A stretch of DNA of 64,000 bases from Myxococcota bacterium. Lineage in GTDB: Bacteria; Myxococcota_A; UBA9042; PHBI01; JAWLBL01. The stretch lies in assembly GCA_041687695.1 (NCBI GenBank), contig JAWLBL010000005.1, positions 100,382 to 164,381 of the forward strand, given 5' to 3'. A program made the position numbers and the translations under genes. Every line of letters starts with the position of its first letter. Positions within the stretch are counted from its first letter, which is position 1. Under the pieces are notes generated by a model that made no database searches, was not told the origin of the DNA, and saw only the letters and a program-made list of their open reading frames with translations. This document shows positions 58,282 through 64,000 of this stretch, piece after piece.

Positions 58282-60435
58282 TCAGGGCACGTCGAACAGA
58301 CGGGCGCGCGACAGCCGCAGCGGGATGCTCGGCTGGGCGTACAGGTGGCTCGCCCCGTTCTCGGCGTCGTAGAAGCGGACCGGGGCCTCGGCCGACAGCA
58401 CCGGCTCGGCCTTCAGCCGCTCGCGCAGCGCCAGGCAGTCGCTGGCGTACTTCTCGGCGCCCTTGGTGGCGGACGAGCAGGCCAGCCCCTCGTACAGGTA
58501 CAGGCACGCGGGCCGCTCGCGCAGCACCTCGTCGAGCGGCTCGCCGCCGTCCGGGGTGCGGCCCTCGGGCCCGACGCCCACCGCGCGGTAGCGGAAGGTG
58601 CGCTCGCCGCCGACCCGCGCGCCGATGCGCTCGAAGCGCAGCTGGCCGGGGCCGTCGACGGCGCCCGTGTACTCGACCACCGTGCACCCCTCGGGGACCA
58701 CGTCGCGGGCCGCGCGGACCAGGTCGAACTCGTGCAGCTCGGTGTAGTCGGTGTACGCGATGAAGCCCGCGTGCAGCCACGGCGCGGCAGCCATCAGCGC
58801 GGCGCCGCCCCACAGCGCCGGCCGCCAGCGGGCCGCCAGGCGCGGCACGGCCGTGGCGCCCAGCAGCAGGAACGGGACCACCAGGTGCAGGTGGTAGCGC
58901 GGCATCATCGTCTCTTGCAGGACGACCGCGTGGGCGACCACGAACATCAGGAGCCAGCCGACCAGGAACAGGACCAGCAGCCGCTCGCCGGCGCGCCAGG
59001 TCAGGACGGCGCCCGCGACGGCCAGCGCCATCAGCACGATGGGCGTGGCGCTGACGTCCGACAGCACCAGCAGCTTCGGCGTGACCAGGACCGTCAGGCT
59101 CTCGAGCACCCAGCCCAGGTCCTCGGTCACGGCGGACAGGGCGCCCGAGTTCTTGCCCGCCATGAAGTTCAGCGCGACGACGCCCACCGTGACCACGATG
59201 ACCAGCGCGGCCAGGCGGCGGGCGCGAGGCGCGGTCTCGCGGTGCAAGAACAGGATGGCGCCGACGTAGACGACGACGAACAGGATGTTCAGCGGGCGCA
59301 GCAGGTAGCCCGGGTACAGGGTCCAGGGCAGCGCGAACAGCATCAGCCAGCGGACGCGGCGCGAGGGGTCGCGCAGCCAGCCGTGGATGAGCGCGAAGGC
59401 GAGCGAGGTCAGGACCAGCGAGGCGACGAAGCCGTCCTCGCAGCGCGAATAGCGGATGTGCTGGGGCAGAAAGGCGATGGCGAAGGCGGCGACCAGGCCG
59501 GCGCGGGTGTCGCGCAGCAGGTAGCTGGCGTGCGAGAACAGGACCAGCGGCATCACCGCGGCGTAGGCGAAGTTGGTCCAGCCGGCGACGTCGGTCAGGT
59601 AGAAGCCGTGGCCGGCGCTCTCGGCGGCGACCGCCAGCCACGAGCCGTCGGCGACGGTGCGCACGTTCGGGTAGACGCGGCTCCAGGGCCAGGCGCCCAG
59701 GAAGGTGTCGGGTGCGTAGGCCAGGCGCAGCAGCACGCCGGCGGTGACGATGGCGAGCAGGGCGAGGGCGGTCCAGCGAGGCGCCTCGACCAGCATCCGC
59801 CCCGCCAGCAGCAGCGCCAGGAGATAGACGAGGAGCACCAGCGCGATGCCGTCGATGGGCACCCAGCCCAGCTCGTCGAAGCGGACCCCGATGCGCCCCT
59901 GCGCTTCCTCGGCCGCCCGCTCTGCGTCGGGAACCTCGACCACCATCTCCTTCCAGATCGGGCCGCCCGCGTCGTTGCGCTCGACCAGCCCCAGCAGGAC
60001 GTCGCGCGCCTCGTTGGCCTTCGGATCCCACTCGAAGCCGGGCAGCCACGCGAAGCTCTTGCTGCGCCGCGCGCCCGCCGGGGCCTCGTCCGGGTGCACC
60101 AGGCTGAACGAGGTCGTGCGCTCGTCGCCGCGCCGCAGCTCGACCCGGACCCGCTTGGCCTCGATGCGCACCTCCCACAGGGCGTAGCCGTGCGCGACCT
60201 CGCTGGTCAGCCGGTGCGGCTCGAACAGCCGCATGACGGCCGCTTCCTGCCCGGCGCCGATGACCCAGTGCCGGTACGAGACCTCTGGCGCGTCGGCCGC
60301 TGGCGCCTCGCCCCCCAAGCGGCCGGACAGCCCCAACCAGGCCGCCAGCGCGAGCCCGATCGCCACCGCGACCAGCCCCGCGCGGCGCCACGCGACCTTC
60401 CGGCCGCGCGCCGGCTGGGTGCCGTTGTCAGTCAT
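58282..60435 (-). CDS. Polytopic membrane protein, GT-C-like, apparent paralogue of the convergent gene
   Basis: LPQHIRYSRCED, LLRP and PRYH loops; C-terminal ACLYLYEGLAC..C. Confidence 0.7.
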   Translation of the reverse strand: MTDNGTQPARGRKVAWRRAGLVAVAIGLALAAWLGLSGRLGGEAPAADAPEVSYRHWVIGAGQEAAVMRLFEPHRLTSEVAHGYALWEVRIEAKRVRVELRRGDERTTSFSLVHPDEAPAGARRSKSFAWLPGFEWDPKANEARDVLLGLVERNDAGGPIWKEMVVEVPDAERAAEEAQGRIGVRFDELGWVPIDGIALVLLVYLLALLLAGRMLVEAPRWTALALLAIVTAGVLLRLAYAPDTFLGAWPWSRVYPNVRTVADGSWLAVAAESAGHGFYLTDVAGWTNFAYAAVMPLVLFSHASYLLRDTRAGLVAAFAIAFLPQHIRYSRCEDGFVASLVLTSLAFALIHGWLRDPSRRVRWLMLFALPWTLYPGYLLRPLNILFVVVYVGAILFLHRETAPRARRLAALVIVVTVGVVALNFMAGKNSGALSAVTEDLGWVLESLTVLVTPKLLVLSDVSATPIVLMALAVAGAVLTWRAGERLLVLFLVGWLLMFVVAHAVVLQETMMPRYHLHLVVPFLLLGATAVPRLAARWRPALWGGAALMAAAPWLHAGFIAYTDYTELHEFDLVRAARDVVPEGCTVVEYTGAVDGPGQLRFERIGARVGGERTFRYRAVGVGPEGRTPDGGEPLDEVLRERPACLYLYEGLACSSATKGAEKYASDCLALRERLKAEPVLSAEAPVRFYDAENGASHLYAQPSIPLRLSRARLFDVP

Positions 60436-60552
60436 CGCCGCCCCGTCGCTCCGGTCCGTCCCGGGCGAGCCCGAGGATACGCAAACGCGCCCGTGGCGTC
60501 TGCCGGAATACGCGGCCCGAACCCCCGCCGCGGGCGCCCCATTCCGCGGCGG

Positions 60553-62367
60553 CTACTCCGTGTCCGACACGGCGCCGGTGATCGTGCCGGTGATCGTCGC
60601 GCCGTCGGCGGTCCCCGCGGTCGTCAGCGTCACGCTGCCCGGGGCGATCTGCCCGACGGTGACCGTAGTCGTCCCATCGGGGCGGAGGAGCCGGGCGCGC
60701 GCCTCGATCCAGTCGACCTTCAGCGTCCCGGGCGCGAGGTGCGACAGCGGGATGTCGAGCTCGAGGCGCCAGACGGCGCCGTCCTTCATGCGCGCCGACA
60801 GCTTGATGAGGGCCGAGGTGCCGCCGAGCACGCCCGCCGTGGCGCCCACCTCGTCGACCTCGGGGACCGCCTGGTCATCCAGGGTGAGCGCGAAGGTGCC
60901 GGTGCCCTTGCCGAAGGGCGGCCCGAAGAGGGTGCCCAGGGTGGTCGAGAAGCTGCCCTCGAAGGCGCCCACCACCGGCCAGCAGACGGTGTCGAGCAGG
61001 GGATCCGAGGCGGGATCGCCCGCGGCCAGCTCGGCCTCGATCTGGCCGCGTCGGGCGCTGATGAAGCCGCGCAGCTCGGCGAAGGCGGCGGCGAGATCCC
61101 ACTCGCCCGCGCCGTGAGGGTGGCCGGCGTGGGGCGCGATGAGCGCATGGAGCCGGTCGAGCTCGGCGCCGAGGGCGGCCTCGTCCCAGATCGTGTCGAG
61201 CAGCTCCGACAGGCGCGCGAAGTACCGGGCGCGCCCCTCGGGGTGGTCGAGCAGGCGCTTGCTGAGCGCGGCGCGGGCGTAGACCGAGGTGGCGGTCCCC
61301 TGGGTGGACTCCCAGGTGTTCATGATGGCGTCGATGCCGTGGGGGATGAAGACGAAGCGGCCGGTCTGCGGGTCGCGGTAGACGTGGTAGTTGTTCGCGT
61401 ACTTCGAGTAGCCGTCGTAGTGGCGGATCAGGCTCTCGACCGCCCAGAAGGTGATGAACTGGTCCAGGTCGACCACGGCCTCGAGGCTGGCCAGCAGCGC
61501 GTCGTCCGAGGCCTCGAGCGCGGCGGCGACCGCGGCCAGATCGCTGCCTTCCGCGGTCTGTTTGTTGGTCTCGGGCTCGAAGGTGCCCAGCCACCCCTCG
61601 CGGAAGTCCGACAGAACGCCCTCGTACATGTTGCCGCTCGGGTTGGCGAAGCGGGGCTTGAGGAAATCCTTGTCGACGGCCTCGAGCATCACATACAGGC
61701 CCAGGTCTTCGCCGTTGACGGTGACGTGGGCGAAGCCGCAGCGCGGCGCGGGCACGCCCGCCGCGGCGAACAGCGCGTAACCCAGGCACTGCTTGACGTA
61801 GGTCCCGTCCTGGACCGAGTTGTTCAGGACGAGGTCGTCATAGCCGAACACGTCGGTGCCCTTGGCGTACTCGTCCAGGTTCAGCTTGAAGCCGGGGCGC
61901 GCGGTCGACTGCGAGCCGATCCAGCCCTTCTTGCGCACGCCCACGGGGTCGACCGTCACCCCGTCCACCGTCAGGCGGGTCGGGAAGTAGGTGTAGGGGC
62001 TGACGTGCGGCGCCGCCTGGCAGTCGCCGGCGAACATCTCGACCATGCTGCGGCGCTGGTGGCGCAGGGCCTCCCAATCGGCCGCGGCCAGCTCCATCGA
62101 GACCTCGACCACCCGGTCGGGGCTGAACAGACCGTCCGGCGGCGGGGACTCGCCGTCCGGCCCGGCGTCGGAGCCGGCGTCCAGGACGACGCCGTCATCG
62201 TCCGGCGCCCCGTCGGCGCCCTCGTCGCCCGCGTCCTCCGGGGCGTCCTCGACCTTCGCGTCCGCATCGCCGCCGGCCGGGGTCGACGCCTCGCCGCCGC
62301 ACGCGGCCAGAGCCATCACCAACGCCGCCGCCCACCACGCCATCCACTCGCACCGCAGACCAAGCAT
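60553..62367 (-). CDS. CotH kinase family lipoprotein
   Basis: Lipobox LAAC; VGVRKKG, PGFKLNLD, LVLNN..QD, PAPRC, GLYVMLEAVD, HYDGY..NNYHVY and FIPHGID motifs. Confidence 0.88.
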   Translation of the reverse strand: MLGLRCEWMAWWAAALVMALAACGGEASTPAGGDADAKVEDAPEDAGDEGADGAPDDDGVVLDAGSDAGPDGESPPPDGLFSPDRVVEVSMELAAADWEALRHQRRSMVEMFAGDCQAAPHVSPYTYFPTRLTVDGVTVDPVGVRKKGWIGSQSTARPGFKLNLDEYAKGTDVFGYDDLVLNNSVQDGTYVKQCLGYALFAAAGVPAPRCGFAHVTVNGEDLGLYVMLEAVDKDFLKPRFANPSGNMYEGVLSDFREGWLGTFEPETNKQTAEGSDLAAVAAALEASDDALLASLEAVVDLDQFITFWAVESLIRHYDGYSKYANNYHVYRDPQTGRFVFIPHGIDAIMNTWESTQGTATSVYARAALSKRLLDHPEGRARYFARLSELLDTIWDEAALGAELDRLHALIAPHAGHPHGAGEWDLAAAFAELRGFISARRGQIEAELAAGDPASDPLLDTVCWPVVGAFEGSFSTTLGTLFGPPFGKGTGTFALTLDDQAVPEVDEVGATAGVLGGTSALIKLSARMKDGAVWRLELDIPLSHLAPGTLKVDWIEARARLLRPDGTTTVTVGQIAPGSVTLTTAGTADGATITGTITGAVSDTE

Positions 62368-62459
62368 CGAGACCTCGCGCCGACCGGCCACGCACCAGGG
62401 AGCGCGCCTATATACGGATGCGCCCGGCTCGTGTCACGGGGTCCGGCGCACGGACTCGC

Positions 62460-62888
62460 TCAGGCGGCGCTAGCGGTCAGGGCGATGACGGCCGCCATCC
62501 CCAGCATGCAGGCCAGTTGGGTCGCGAACAGCAGAAAGCGCAGCGAGACCACGTTGGCGGTCTGCGGGACCGAGACGTGCACCAGGCTCTGGCCGACGCG
62601 GGCGACCACCAGCACCACCGCCAGCGTGTCCAGGGTGGGCGTGTCGACGCCGGCCGCCAGGGCCGCCACCACGATGGCGGCGAAGACCGGCAGGTTCTCG
62701 ACGCAGTTCATGTGCGCCCGCATGGCGCGCTTGTAGAAGTCGGGCCCCTCGACCTGGTCGGCGCGGAACTCGTGGGGCTTGGCCTGCTTCTTGGCGATGC
62801 GCGACAGGCGGAACCAGCCGACCGTGCCGGCGAGCAGCAGCAGGGTCCAGACGGCAAAGGCGAGCAGCATCCAGGCGGGCATGGTCAT
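62460..62888 (-). CDS. MAPEG family membrane protein
   Basis: RAMRAHMNCVENLPVFA and ARVGQSLVH motifs. Confidence 0.88.
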   Translation of the reverse strand: MTMPAWMLLAFAVWTLLLLAGTVGWFRLSRIAKKQAKPHEFRADQVEGPDFYKRAMRAHMNCVENLPVFAAIVVAALAAGVDTPTLDTLAVVLVVARVGQSLVHVSVPQTANVVSLRFLLFATQLACMLGMAAVIALTASAA

Positions 62889-62977
62889 GGCGCAGGGTCC
62901 TCGGGGGGGGGCGTTGGATGGCCCACCTGTAGACCGTTCGCCGCGCCCGCGCAATCGCGCCGGCCGCGCGGGCGGGC

Positions 62978-63379
62978 TCAGAGCTGCCGGAACAGATGGG
63001 CCTCGAAGCGGCCCAGGAACTGCTTGGCCGCGTCGCTGTCGCCGTAGCGGCCGACGCGGACGTGGACCTGGGTGGTGCCGTCGGTCATGGGCTCGATCTC
63101 GACGAACACCGGGTCGCCGTTGGGAGTCAGGCCGTCTATCTCCAGCTCTTCGTCGTCCATCACGGCGGCGGTGGTGACGACGCCGTACGAGCGCAGGGTG
63201 GCGGCCACGGCCTGTCGGGCCTGCTCGGGCGACACCTGGTAGTAGCGGCTGACGCCGCCGGTCAGATACTGGTCGTCGGCGGCGGCGCCGCCGTGGGCGC
63301 CCGGCGCGGGGCCACAGGCGAGCGGCAGCAGACACGCCACCAGCGCCGCGGCGCGGCAAAGGCGAGGGGAGAGCTTCAT
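62978..63379 (-). CDS. Small lipoprotein (DUF3568-like)
   Basis: Lipobox PLAC; TQVHVRVGRYGD motif. Confidence 0.65.
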   Translation of the reverse strand: MKLSPRLCRAAALVACLLPLACGPAPGAHGGAAADDQYLTGGVSRYYQVSPEQARQAVAATLRSYGVVTTAAVMDDEELEIDGLTPNGDPVFVEIEPMTDGTTQVHVRVGRYGDSDAAKQFLGRFEAHLFRQL

Positions 63380-63576
63380 GGGGGCCTCGGGGGCGAGCGG
63401 GGGTGCGCGCGCGTCCCCGAACCGTCCGATCGCGAGAGCCGCAGTCAAGGACGCCGACGACCGACCCGGTCACAGGGGCCGCGCCTCAGGGCGCCCCTTT
63501 GTGCTTGGCCCGGCTCGCGCGCCCGGCCTAGTGTCGCGCCCAAACCGTCTCCGACCTCCGCGTCGAGGAGCTCAAA

Positions 63577-64000
63577 ATGATCGCGTCCGTCTCGCGCCGC
63601 CTCGTCGGCCTCTCCGTCCTGGCCACCTGCCTCGGCGCGTCCCCGGCCTTCGCCGCCCCGGCCCGCTCCGTCCAGATGGGCACCACCTTCGGCCTCGGCA
63701 CCGGCCTGCATCACACCCTCGGCAGCGACGCGGCCAACGCAGCGCCATGGACCGTCTACCTCCCCATTCAGTTGGCCACGCTGCGGCTCGAGCCGGAGAT
63801 CGGCGTCCGTTCGGTGACCGTGTCCTCCGAGGCCGACGGCGACGAATTCACCGAGTCCGCGACCGTGTTCCGGCTCGGCGTCGGCGTGTCCTACACGGCC
63901 TGGCTCACCGACGCGGCGATCCACGTCGGCGCGCGCGTCGGCTTCATCCGCAACTCGGGCGAGCTGACGATGACCGACTTCTGGGGTGACGAGTCCACCT
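63577..64000 (+). CDS. Exported, probable outer-membrane beta-barrel protein, truncated by the window end
   Basis: GAGGAG RBS, ATG at 63577, signal peptide ending AFA, strand-like YLPIQL..LRLEPEIG. Confidence 0.6.
   Translation, partial: MIASVSRRLVGLSVLATCLGASPAFAAPARSVQMGTTFGLGTGLHHTLGSDAANAAPWTVYLPIQLATLRLEPEIGVRSVTVSSEADGDEFTESATVFRLGVGVSYTAWLTDAAIHVGARVGFIRNSGELTMTDFWGDEST

Noticed and set aside
63470..63503. Imperfect inverted repeat CACAGGGGC...GCCCCTTTGTG between divergent genes
   Set aside because: Imperfect and GC-rich, with no U-tract and no second copy. It cannot be distinguished from background.

Overview
Very GC-rich, gene-dense bacterial DNA. The gene content is typical of Myxococcota or related deltaproteobacteria (inferred, not searched): a Ser/Thr kinase with PEGA domain, many lipoproteins with D/P/A-rich linkers, Cys-rich CDDGxPCT repeats and a CotH kinase. 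About 48 CDSs are supportable. They include a purS-purQ-purL-purF operon, transporters (MATE, APC, SSS), secreted hydrolases and oxidases, a MEDS histidine kinase, an ArsR-type regulator, and an envelope locus (SLH lipoprotein, B12-type radical SAM, GT2, two GT-C-like paralogues, CotH). I saw no rRNA, tRNA, CRISPR array, integrase or transposase. Most notable signals: (1) an uncharacterised three-ORF operon with putative RNA-binding domains whose second and third ORFs meet at an A9 run forming a canonical A-AAA-AAG -1 slippery site; (2) three TTAG-N8-CTAA palindromes between an ArsR regulator and a repeat surface protein; (3) an APC permease fused to a secreted-type domain and apparently starting at ATC; (4) a secreted caspase-fold protein with both catalytic residues replaced; (5) a four-hairpin REPIN-like element; (6) an orphan DUF1778 antitoxin. 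All family calls come from motif recognition by eye, not database searches.
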